Origin: Promethearchaeia archaeon
Lineage (GTDB): Archaea; Asgardarchaeota; Lokiarchaeia; Sigyniarchaeales; SOKP01
Assembly: GCA_029856045.1 (NCBI GenBank)
Contig: JAHQWG010000039.1
Span: forward strand, 56,728 to 120,727
Length of the DNA: 64,000 bases
Reading direction: 5' to 3'
Shown here: positions 40,334 through 49,697 of the stretch, in pieces
How the letters are laid out: each line of letters opens with the position of its first letter
Numbering within the stretch: position 1 is the first letter of the stretch
The notes under the pieces: generated by a model
The model's database searches: none
What the model was told of the DNA's origin: nothing
Seen by the model: only the letters and a program-made list of their open reading frames with translations
Program-made: the position numbers and the translations under genes

Positions 40334-40774
40334 TCTTTAAACCCATTTTAAATTTTATTAATGAAAATATTAAAAAAGTTTAAAAAAAAAATGCATAATA
40401 TAAAAACTTATAGGAGTTGATACTAATTACAAAAAGAATCTATTATAAAATTCATTATTAACTATGGAAGTAAGATATCTTATTGCTTTTTAGGTGCAAC
40501 TTTAATTATACTTATCCTATTAACCATAAACATTCCTCTATAATTTTGGGATGATTCACTTTCAGATTTCATGGATTAAATTGTTAATAGACCTTTAACG
40601 CTAGTAGGAATTTTTATTACATTTTTTTCAGCAATGATTAAAGCAATAGTTGCTAATAAAGAAAAAGCAGAGCAAAAGTGAGAAAATTAATTAAATCCAC
40701 AAATAATTAACCAATTTAATAAGTAAAAAGAAGTAAGTAAGATAAATTATTAAAAGATATAATCCCATTTTCTT

Positions 40775-41485
40775 TTAATTTGTATTATTTAGCAATATAA
40801 CTACTTTATCTCCATCCTTTATATTTAGATAATCTCTTAAGTATGGTTCTGAAATGATTTCAACTACATGCTTTTTGTGGAAAGTTCTTTCAATTTGTAG
40901 AACTGCCCCCATACTTGTAATACTTGGATTATGTAATTTATAAACAATTGCTGGAAAACATAGAACAGCACCAAACCCACGATTTTCTTCTGTAAAACCT
41001 TCAATTACCACAGGTCTAATACGATCCAATTTTTGCGTGAGGATCATAAAATGATGATCTGAGAGTTCCAAATTTAAAGTTCCTTTATAAGGATTATACC
41101 CTAATTTTTTTTTAAATTGCTCATAATATCCCTTAATGGAAACGTAATATCGTCCCTGATCAGCTCCAGAAATTAATTTTCCAATTACATGAAATCGCTC
41201 ATAAATGTCTTTAATTTTTTCATAGATCTGAAAAATTATTTGGTAACCATTATCAGTAATCTCAATTTGTTGAGCATTGAACATTTTTTTCCTAATGATC
41301 CATCCCTTTTTCTCAAGATTTTGAAGTCGTCTTGAAGCGGTTTGCTGACTTGTGCCCAAATTTTTACAAAACTCTGTGCTTTTCACTCGAATTTCCGGTT
41401 TTTCAGTTAAAATATGAGCTAAATTGATAAGTGCAAACCACTCAGCGTAGTCATGATAATTAAATTTTGGCTCTTTTTTCTTCAT
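40775..41485 (-). CDS. ribK: CTP-dependent riboflavin kinase with N-terminal HTH (RbkR-type)
   Basis: SQQTASRRL HTH; GRYY, PYKGTLNL, EIIS..YLR..L..KDGD. Confidence 0.92.
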   Translation of the reverse strand: MKKKEPKFNYHDYAEWFALINLAHILTEKPEIRVKSTEFCKNLGTSQQTASRRLQNLEKKGWIIRKKMFNAQQIEITDNGYQIIFQIYEKIKDIYERFHVIGKLISGADQGRYYVSIKGYYEQFKKKLGYNPYKGTLNLELSDHHFMILTQKLDRIRPVVIEGFTEENRGFGAVLCFPAIVYKLHNPSITSMGAVLQIERTFHKKHVVEIISEPYLRDYLNIKDGDKVVILLNNTN

Positions 41486-41499
41486 TTAAATTATGTCCT

Positions 41500-41955
41500 T
41501 TACTTCTTATATTTTAAAAAATCTTTGATAATTTTCTCTTTAATTAATGTAGATGAATGGAATTTGTGCTTATTATAAAATTTCTCTAATCTAATAATCT
41601 TAATTTTTTCAAGACCCTTTTTCTTTAAACCATCTTTGATCATTTTAATAGTTACTTTCTGATTAGGACCCAGCATAATAATATCGGGATTAATTTCTTC
41701 AATAATCTTCAAATAATCTGAATTTATTTTGCCAAATATTGCTTTTTTAACATTTTTTAAATTCTGCACCATTTCAAGTCGTTGATCTTCAGGGATTATA
41801 GGAGATTCACCCTTAAATTTTTTTACATTAATATCCCTAGCTACAATAACATAGACTTCACCCAATTTTGATGCCTCCTTTATTAAAAAAGTATGTCCCG
41901 GATGAACTAGATCAAAAGTCCCCGTAATTACAATTTTCTTTTTTATTTCTAACAC
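41500..41955 (-). CDS. ribL: Archaeal FAD synthase
   Basis: GTFDLVHPGH, VIVARD, PDII.LG; adjacent to ribK. Confidence 0.85.
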   Translation of the reverse strand: MLEIKKKIVITGTFDLVHPGHTFLIKEASKLGEVYVIVARDINVKKFKGESPIIPEDQRLEMVQNLKNVKKAIFGKINSDYLKIIEEINPDIIMLGPNQKVTIKMIKDGLKKKGLEKIKIIRLEKFYNKHKFHSSTLIKEKIIKDFLKYKK

Positions 41956-41980
41956 CTAATTATTCAAATTTCATTTATAT

Positions 41981-42601
41981 TTAATCTTTCAATTCCTTTT
42001 CTTTAAGAGATGAATTTAACCGGTCCATTTGAATTGATAAGGATATATTTCTTCTCAAATTTTCTAATGTTTTTCTTACACCATCGATTTTTGACCTAAG
42101 ATTTTTTAGAAGTCCTTTTGGATAATCCAAATTAAATAAATTATCATAAATCAATTCCATTATTTCAAAATAATGATTTAATTTTGAGATTTTCCCTTCT
42201 CTAATCATATTTAAACACATTCTGTTCATTTCACCAATAAGATCCGCCATACCAAGAATATAAGAAAGAGGTTCTAAATTTAAATCCCTTGAAGAGGGAA
42301 AATCTTTATTTAATAAAACTGCTTCAAAAAGCACGGCTTCGGTGTATTCTTGCTCGGGGGTCCAAAGATATTTGGAAAAATAAAGGGGATTCTTATTAAT
42401 AAGTTTTTTAAGTTGAATATGCTGCTCTTTAATAATCTTAATTTTTATTTTAAAATCTTCATAATCTTTACGATGCAGAGATTTAATAATCTCACTACAG
42501 TTCCTTACCATTTCACGCGAGAGTTTTAGTATATCTTCTCTCACTGTATCTAATTCGTCAAGATCTTTAATTATTTCTGTAAAAATATTGTTTAAATTCA
42601 T
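41981..42601 (-). CDS. Translin/TRAX (C3PO-like) family protein
   Basis: RE.ILKLSRE, QEYTEA, YILGMADLIGEM.R, LR.K.D. Confidence 0.88.
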   Translation of the reverse strand: MNLNNIFTEIIKDLDELDTVREDILKLSREMVRNCSEIIKSLHRKDYEDFKIKIKIIKEQHIQLKKLINKNPLYFSKYLWTPEQEYTEAVLFEAVLLNKDFPSSRDLNLEPLSYILGMADLIGEMNRMCLNMIREGKISKLNHYFEIMELIYDNLFNLDYPKGLLKNLRSKIDGVRKTLENLRRNISLSIQMDRLNSSLKEKELKD

Positions 42602-42671
42602 CTAAAAATAACCCAATAATAGAGATTTACTACTCAATTAATATTAAAAAAAGAATGAATAAGAATTAAAC

Positions 42672-44741
42672 TTATCTGAAATTAATTTTTGTTGAAAATT
42701 TTCGGAAGGGTACCGGTAATTTATGCTTTGGATATCCTTCAGTATCTTTTTTTAGCATTTCCAATAAAAATTTGAGTTTTACATCGTTATAACTCACAGT
42801 TGTTCTTTTATTTTCACCATATGGCTGATTTATAAGTCTTTGGCGAATAGAGATTGTATTGCTTTCTAATTCTTTCTCACCGACAATTACTGTATATGGA
42901 ATCCATTCAATTTCAGAATTTCTTATCTTCTTACCCAATTTCTCATTTCGATCATCTAAATCTGCCCTGTATCCTAAAGTATTTACCTCATTCATCAATT
43001 TTTCAGCATAATCCAAAGTTTTCTCTGAGATTGGTAAAATTCTAACTTGAATAGGAGAGAGCCAAGTCTTGAAACCAGGAATTAATTTATCTTGATTTCT
43101 TATAGCACTCTCTAATAAACCCCAAACGACTCTTTCAACGGCTCCACTTGGTGAATTATGAAGAATAATTGGACGTTTTACTACTCCATCATCATCAGTA
43201 AATTTGATATCATATTTTTCTCTTTTTATATCTCCTTGCATTATATAATCTAAACTGCTCTCAACATCAATTTGAATAGTCCCTAAAGTTGCGCTTTTGG
43301 GACTTTTTCCAGAAGAGATAACATTGCGTTCAAATTTCAAAACGAAATAATAATATCTATCCTCCCATAACTCAAGCAATGCTGGAATTCCTTCTTGTTC
43401 AACTAAATCCAAAATCCATTCTTTATTTTGTTCATAAAATTCTCGTGTTGACCTGAAAGTGATGTAAGAAGGGAGACCAAAATTATCTGAAATTTCTTTT
43501 ACTTCATCATATTGTTTTTTAAACTCATCAATCGAAGATTTCAAATCTTTACAGAGCGTGTGTAAATCTGGCATAATGAAACCTCTTAAACGTCGGAGTC
43601 CGCTTAATTCACCTTCTTGCTCTCGTCTGAAAGCGTATTGCACGTATTCATAAAGTCGTAGTGGAAAATACGTTGGTTTTAAAAACATATCACTAAACAT
43701 CTGAAATTGAAGAAAATCTCCCGCAAACCGTAATAAATAACGATTAGCCCCAGAAATAACCCAATAACTTTTTGCAGGAAAACGTGCTGTTTGAGCAATT
43801 AGTTTTTTATTGCTCGCCGAATACATAATTGGTGTATCAACAATAATCGCTCCAAAATCAATTACTTTATTCTTCACATACTCTCGAATAATTTCTTTTA
43901 AAATAACCCCTTTGGGATACCACCGAAAATTTCCACTATCTGTATTTTTATCAAAATCAACTAATTCAAATTTTTGCATATACTTAATATGAGCGGGTTC
44001 TTCACTTAAATCCTCTCTAGCCTTTCCCAGTTCAGAATCAAAAAAGAATTTAAGATCTCCATATCCTAGCTTGCTTAATTCCTCTGGAAAGATATAATTT
44101 CCATCTAAATCATACTCAATTTCAATTTCTTTTTTCTCGGGAGTTAAAATCTTAAACACTGCGTTCGCGATATGTTCCTCTGGTTCAATATATAGCTTCA
44201 CATCCCTATACATTTCTGCTAATTCATGCCCCAGACAATTAATTTTAAAAGCCTTGTACCACCCGAACGGAGAATATGATGCGTCTATACTCCTATCCTT
44301 TAAAATTTCGGCAATCTTAGGACACACATCCATAGCTTCCTTATCATTGCTCAAAAACTTGCTTAAATGAGCCCAAGGATACACTAATACTTTATCTACT
44401 TTATATTTTGATTTATCAAGAATTAACTCCTTTTTTTTTCTGAGTTTTCCTTTACTTTCACCCTTCTCAACTTTTAAATTGAATTCTTGAATTTCTTCAT
44501 TTTGTTGGCGGATTTTTTCGGGAAACCCTTCAATCTGATAAATTGCATCTTCAATTACATCTGCACCTTGATTAGCAATGACATTAATATCATATGTGTC
44601 TTGATCTTCTACAGAAACATATGCTACAAGAATTAACCCATCTAATTCTATCTTATCTTTCTCAAATTTCTGTGGTTCCGCTGTAGCTGGCTTTTTTTTA
44701 TATACTTCTAAGCCTTCTGAGTGTATTAATAACATTTTCAT
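42672..44741 (-). CDS. thrS: Threonine--tRNA ligase, archaeal type
   Basis: MLLIHS and YPWAHLS/PFGWYK editing domain; FRREQEGELSGLRRLR, MPDLH, SPIQVR; probable start at ATG 44741. Confidence 0.95.
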   Translation of the reverse strand: MKMLLIHSEGLEVYKKKPATAEPQKFEKDKIELDGLILVAYVSVEDQDTYDINVIANQGADVIEDAIYQIEGFPEKIRQQNEEIQEFNLKVEKGESKGKLRKKKELILDKSKYKVDKVLVYPWAHLSKFLSNDKEAMDVCPKIAEILKDRSIDASYSPFGWYKAFKINCLGHELAEMYRDVKLYIEPEEHIANAVFKILTPEKKEIEIEYDLDGNYIFPEELSKLGYGDLKFFFDSELGKAREDLSEEPAHIKYMQKFELVDFDKNTDSGNFRWYPKGVILKEIIREYVKNKVIDFGAIIVDTPIMYSASNKKLIAQTARFPAKSYWVISGANRYLLRFAGDFLQFQMFSDMFLKPTYFPLRLYEYVQYAFRREQEGELSGLRRLRGFIMPDLHTLCKDLKSSIDEFKKQYDEVKEISDNFGLPSYITFRSTREFYEQNKEWILDLVEQEGIPALLELWEDRYYYFVLKFERNVISSGKSPKSATLGTIQIDVESSLDYIMQGDIKREKYDIKFTDDDGVVKRPIILHNSPSGAVERVVWGLLESAIRNQDKLIPGFKTWLSPIQVRILPISEKTLDYAEKLMNEVNTLGYRADLDDRNEKLGKKIRNSEIEWIPYTVIVGEKELESNTISIRQRLINQPYGENKRTTVSYNDVKLKFLLEMLKKDTEGYPKHKLPVPFRKFSTKINFR

Positions 44742-44957
44742 TTTGCATACACGCTTATCATTCAAATAAATATAATTTACTTTATCGAGGCTTTCAATAA
44801 AAAATTTGTTAAATTTTTCAGATTTTTTCTCTTCTTGATTAGATTGAAACTATATGTTAAATTAAGGATTCAGTTATGAAGAGTGTTCAAAATAAAAATG
44901 TTTTAAAGAACGTAATTAGTTAGAAAATAAGGGTAAATTCTATTTTTATTAAAAAAA

Positions 44958-45500
44958 TTACATTTGAGAATCCTCAAGACACCTTCTCGCGATAAATTGA
45001 AAAGCTTTCTCTACGTTCTCGCCTGTCTTCGCTGAAGTTTCCAAATATTCACACTTCAAACGCGTTGCCAACTCTTCACCTTCTTCATTACTAACTTTAC
45101 GCTCAAGATCAATTTTATTCCCAACCAATATCATTGGGATTTCCTTGTTTACTGACTTATTAATTGAACTAACCCAGCCTGGTATTTTCATAAGAGAGTC
45201 AGAGCTAGTGACGTCATAAACTCCTAAAGCGCCATTTGAACCCTTAAAGTAAATCCGTCTTAGCTTTTGAAATTGAGCTTGACCTCCTATATCCCATAAG
45301 AGGAGTCTTACTTTTTTATTATCGATATTGACATCTTTGATAAGGAAATTACTACCGATGGTCTTTTTGAGATCTTCATTAAAAGTCTTTTTTATATAAC
45401 GCAACAGAAGGCTAGTTTTACCAACTCCTCCCGCTCCAAAAAGAGTGATCTTATATTTAAAAACTTCATCAGATTGTTCTAAAATTTTAAATCCCTCCAA
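44958..45500 (-). CDS. Rab-like small GTPase
   Basis: GAGGVGKT, TIG, WDIGGQ, NKID, ETSAK. Confidence 0.93.
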   Translation of the reverse strand: MEGFKILEQSDEVFKYKITLFGAGGVGKTSLLLRYIKKTFNEDLKKTIGSNFLIKDVNIDNKKVRLLLWDIGGQAQFQKLRRIYFKGSNGALGVYDVTSSDSLMKIPGWVSSINKSVNKEIPMILVGNKIDLERKVSNEEGEELATRLKCEYLETSAKTGENVEKAFQFIARRCLEDSQM

Positions 45501-45624
45501 TCATTCAAAACTTGGATTTTTTATTATTTAGAATTGTTTTTTAAATGTTAATTATTTTATAATGATTTTCTTATTTAATAATTTACATTAAAATACTGAT
45601 AAAACCAATTTTAAAAAAAAAGAT

Positions 45625-45660
45625 AGATTATTATAAAGAAAAGATTATTATAAAGAAAAG
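45625..45660. repeat. 17-bp tandem duplication AGATTATTATAAAGAAA
   Basis: Copies at 45625-45641 and 45642-45658, in a divergent intergenic region. Confidence 0.75.
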
Positions 45661-45675
45661 AGAAAGTGGTTTAAA

Positions 45676-46143
45676 TTGTTAACATCATTTCTTTCAAAGG
45701 CTAAAGAGGTAAATTATTTCTCTTATATAGGTGTAATTGGTGGGATATTTGTCATTTTATCTGAATTTTTACCATGGTTTAGTGATAATAATCTAATTTT
45801 GATATTTATTTTATCCGCATTTGACCCTGATGCATTTGTGTATTTTTTTCCTCTTATGTCAGGTATAATATGCCTTTCCGGAAGCTTTTTATATATCTTT
45901 CGTCAAGATTTAAAGATTAATTCAATAATAATCCAGTTAATTGGCTTGGGGTTTAACACAATATTCATTTTAGATTTTATTGTAAATCAAATAGTGTTTA
46001 TTTTAACAATTCAGCTTGGATTTTATTTTTTTATAGTTGGATTTTCATTAATTTTTATTGAGATTATTACTAAATTAACTTGGAAAGAAGAGATACCGGT
46101 AAACCAAATAGAAGAAAAAGAAAATACCCAAATCGAAGAATAA
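45676..46143 (+). CDS. Hypothetical membrane protein (about 4 TM)
   Basis: Hydrophobic segments, FLPWF motif. Confidence 0.65.
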   Translation: MLTSFLSKAKEVNYFSYIGVIGGIFVILSEFLPWFSDNNLILIFILSAFDPDAFVYFFPLMSGIICLSGSFLYIFRQDLKINSIIIQLIGLGFNTIFILDFIVNQIVFILTIQLGFYFFIVGFSLIFIEIITKLTWKEEIPVNQIEEKENTQIEE

Positions 46144-46178
46144 TTAAAATTATTCTTAAATTTTATGTGAAATGGATT

Positions 46179-47048
46179 ATGGATTCAGAAAGAAAAGAAC
46201 CCAATCATAAAGAAGAAGATTTCTACTCAGCTTTGAGCCATGAGATTCGACGCAAAATGCTTAAAATTATTGGTGAGCAAGGATATTCATCATTTACAAA
46301 CTTTAAAAAAATATTAGGGGCGAGTACTGGGACAATATATCATCATTTAGAGGCATTAAAAGATTTAATTTTTCAGGAAAAAAATAAAAAGTATTATCTG
46401 ACTACTCTCGGAAGCCATGCTTATAAATTCCTTGATTCAAATATAGATTCAATTGAATCCACGAAAATTTCTGAAAAAGAAATAAAGTCACCTTTTTTAA
46501 GAGGTATTTTGTCATTTACGCCGAAAAAAATGTTACTCGAGAATCCAAGAGAAAATATCTTAACTATAGTTATATCAATAAGTGTAATGATAACAGGAGC
46601 AATTTTAGCGGGTTTATCCGGGTTAAATACATGTATTTTATTTTTTCAAGATTCTGTTGAATTTCCATTACTTTTAGATCCCTATTCTAAATTTATTTTG
46701 GGTCTAATTTTTGTTCTAAATTATTTAATATTCTATTCTTTAATAGAATTATTCAGTTGGCTCTTTTATAAAAAAAGTGAGAATTCTTTTAAAATTTTTC
46801 TTAACTTTGGGTTGGTTTATTTTCCAATTTTAATATATCTAATAATTCATACTATCTTGTTAATTTTAGATCTGAGTTATTTGACAATTTTGGATAATTC
46901 TCTTTTGATATTTTTTCAAGTATGGTCACTTTGGTTAGTAACATATAATCTCAGTGTAAATAAATATATAAAAATTGAGAGAGCCTTAATTATTAGTTTA
47001 GTTATTCACTACGGAGCGTTTATTGCATTATTTCTTATTTCATTATGA
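46179..47048 (+). CDS. ArsR-type wHTH fused to a 5-TM (Yip1-like) membrane domain
   Basis: FYSALSHEIRRKML...STGTIYHHL...Y.LT.LG; C-terminal TMs ending WSLWL...S.....RALII; probable start at ATG 46179. Confidence 0.7.
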   Translation: MDSERKEPNHKEEDFYSALSHEIRRKMLKIIGEQGYSSFTNFKKILGASTGTIYHHLEALKDLIFQEKNKKYYLTTLGSHAYKFLDSNIDSIESTKISEKEIKSPFLRGILSFTPKKMLLENPRENILTIVISISVMITGAILAGLSGLNTCILFFQDSVEFPLLLDPYSKFILGLIFVLNYLIFYSLIELFSWLFYKKSENSFKIFLNFGLVYFPILIYLIIHTILLILDLSYLTILDNSLLIFFQVWSLWLVTYNLSVNKYIKIERALIISLVIHYGAFIALFLISL

Positions 47049-48347
47049 AATTATAAGAAATTGTTTAATTTTATTTTTAATTTTTTGCAGTTTATTTTCC
47101 GAATCCATTAAAGTCTTCTCGTTTGTTGCAACGAATGACGAAAAATCAAACCCGTTTATAGATATTGGAGGTGTGATAATTTCTGGAATATTTTTTAGAA
47201 AGAGAAATTCAACTAAATTCGAATCCGGGTGTTTTTTTGAGTTAGTTTTTTCTTTTAAGGAAAAATCCAACCTGCGATAATGTGAGAAGCCAATTGGATG
47301 AAAGTCTAAATCTTTTATATTTCCAAGTTTGGAGTTATAAATAATATCGAAAAGATTTTCTTTGAACACATTTCGGATACCTAAATAACTTGTTGTCAAT
47401 CTGGGATTAATTTCAATGAAGTATAAGGGATTTGGATTTGAAGTATATTTAATGAAGTCAACGCCAAAATACCCTTCTACTTTGAATTTTGATAATGCTG
47501 AAACTAATTGGTTTAAATAATTCATTGGAACACTTACTATAGGTGAATATCCACCAAAATATTGGCTTGGTTCAGTTGATTTTGAAATATTTAGGATTTG
47601 GGCATTAATACAGATGGGTAAAGGTTTATAAGAATTTTCAGTTAAATTTAATTTCCTCCCAATAAAAGAAACACTAAGATCTTGTCCGGAAACATATTCT
47701 TGAATTATAAAAGGTCTCTCGATAAAACTTTCCTTATTGGAATTCATTTGTTTTATAAATTCATTTAGTTTTTCAACATTATCGATAAAAAAAATGGATT
47801 CTGCACCGACTCCATCTTCTGGTTTTAGAATAATTGGTTTTCTTAATTTTTCAAAAATGTTATTTAAAACTTTAATATTTAAACCATTGTTATTAGATGG
47901 AATTAAATATGTTTTAGGAGTGTTTAGTTTCGATGATTGAAAAAATTCATATGTTCGATATTTTGAAGAGAATTGTTGAATAAAGTCTGAACCGACACTT
48001 AAGAGATTTTTTTCATTGTCTTCGACCAACTTCGTGAGATTATATAAAATATTTTGAAATTCTGGCGCAATTATAAATACATAATCATTATTTATGAGAA
48101 TTTTTTTAAATATTTTAATAAAATCATCATTTTTTTTTACAAATGAAATAGTATTTGCCACAAGAATTCCATTTAATTTTGAGATTCGATCATCTAGAAG
48201 GGTTTCAATTTCAAAATCAATTGACTTAAAATCTTCTATACATGCTCGAAGCATAGCAAATCCTTCACAAAATAAAGAGATTGGTAAAGTTGATTTATTA
48301 AAACCACCTCCCGAGACAAACTCAAAAATAAAAATCTTGTTAGACAT
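47043..48347 (-). CDS. ATP-grasp ligase, MfnD (tyramine--L-glutamate ligase)-like
   Basis: FEFVSGGG, EGFAML, IIAPE, KPEDGVG, GVD, EINPRLTTSY. Confidence 0.8.
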   Translation of the reverse strand: MSNKIFIFEFVSGGGFNKSTLPISLFCEGFAMLRACIEDFKSIDFEIETLLDDRISKLNGILVANTISFVKKNDDFIKIFKKILINNDYVFIIAPEFQNILYNLTKLVEDNEKNLLSVGSDFIQQFSSKYRTYEFFQSSKLNTPKTYLIPSNNNGLNIKVLNNIFEKLRKPIILKPEDGVGAESIFFIDNVEKLNEFIKQMNSNKESFIERPFIIQEYVSGQDLSVSFIGRKLNLTENSYKPLPICINAQILNISKSTEPSQYFGGYSPIVSVPMNYLNQLVSALSKFKVEGYFGVDFIKYTSNPNPLYFIEINPRLTTSYLGIRNVFKENLFDIIYNSKLGNIKDLDFHPIGFSHYRRLDFSLKEKTNSKKHPDSNLVEFLFLKNIPEIITPPISINGFDFSSFVATNEKTLMDSENKLQKIKNKIKQFLIIS

Positions 48348-48463
48348 TATCTATTATTGAAAAGATCATATATTAAAATGGATAAGGATATATTTTATAA
48401 ATAATAATATAAAAAAAATTTAACAAAAAAAAATCTAACAAAAAACTAAGGATATTGATTGGA

Positions 48464-49681
48464 ATGCCTTTTTTTGAACAAGAAGAAGTGCAGAAAATTA
48501 GATTTCTGCATTTTACTATTAAAAAATTAGAAGATAAGTTTAAAAATGACGAAGTTTTTACCGTTGATGAACTAAACAATATTTTAGATTATACTATGCT
48601 ATTAAACAAGAATTATGGAAATATTAATCACTTGAGAATCTTAAATGAAATGGATATTACGAAAGAGTATATTGATCCATTGGAAAGTAAGCCAATCCAA
48701 ATAAGAGACCTATATTATGAATGTGCTCGTGTATTAGAGGTTTTAGGCCAAGGTTATGAGAGATTATCACAAAAAAGAGAAGAGGAAGATTACCCCGAAG
48801 ATGCGATAATTGCAATGTTAGAGAGTAGTAAAATTTATAAGGCATCTGCATACTTTTCAGCTGCAGCCATGCATCAAAATTACAAGGGAAAATCATTACT
48901 TCCATTAAATTTAGAGATAAAATCTGAAGAAGCACGCTTGTTTGCACAAAGTATTTCTGCTCTTAATGAAGAAATGAAGGGAAATTTAATATTTGCTTCC
49001 AAATTATATGCTGGATTAAGTGCTTTATCAAAAAGAATCTTTTATTTGAAGGAACATGATGAAATTAAGAAACATCAATTAAGAGCACAAATGCATTTTG
49101 ATATGGGAAAAGCATGTACATTAATTGTTGAAGTTGCCTTGGATTACCATATAGATGAAAATCGAGTAGATAACCTCAAACAAAAAGCATGCTTCTATTT
49201 TAATAAAGCAAAGGAGATTTGGGAAGAAATGATAAATACAATCCCAAATTTGAAAGAAGAAGAAATACATAGTATTAAAGATAATATTACTGTATCGGAT
49301 GATATTTTTAAAGAAATAAAAATCGAAGATCTCCCTTATGAGAAAATTAAAAAGATCCAAGATCCAGAACCTGTTATTATTATTCCGGAAAATCTTGCAC
49401 CTTTTGTACCTAAAGCAACTATTTATTTATCTAAAATAGTCCCCAAAGATCTAAATATTACAAGGTTCAAAAAATTTAAAAATAAGAGAATCGAGAAGAA
49501 AACATCATATTCAGAACAGGAAAAACTAGAGAGTCAAAAATTCGGAATTTCCAGAACGATATTGGAACTAAAAAAAATGAAGAAAGAAGGAGAGATTGGT
49601 TTAGAAAATTACACCGAACTATATGAAAAATATAAAAATAAACTTAATGAAATTGAAATAAAGATAAAAAATTTGAAATAA
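48464..49681 (+). CDS. Helical hypothetical protein, possible BRO1-like domain
   Basis: Long ORF; LYYECARVL..LG..Y and P..L...S......AQ...SKL motifs recall the BRO1 domain. Confidence 0.55.
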   Translation: MPFFEQEEVQKIRFLHFTIKKLEDKFKNDEVFTVDELNNILDYTMLLNKNYGNINHLRILNEMDITKEYIDPLESKPIQIRDLYYECARVLEVLGQGYERLSQKREEEDYPEDAIIAMLESSKIYKASAYFSAAAMHQNYKGKSLLPLNLEIKSEEARLFAQSISALNEEMKGNLIFASKLYAGLSALSKRIFYLKEHDEIKKHQLRAQMHFDMGKACTLIVEVALDYHIDENRVDNLKQKACFYFNKAKEIWEEMINTIPNLKEEEIHSIKDNITVSDDIFKEIKIEDLPYEKIKKIQDPEPVIIIPENLAPFVPKATIYLSKIVPKDLNITRFKKFKNKRIEKKTSYSEQEKLESQKFGISRTILELKKMKKEGEIGLENYTELYEKYKNKLNEIEIKIKNLK

Positions 49682-49697
49682 AAAATATTAGAAAATC

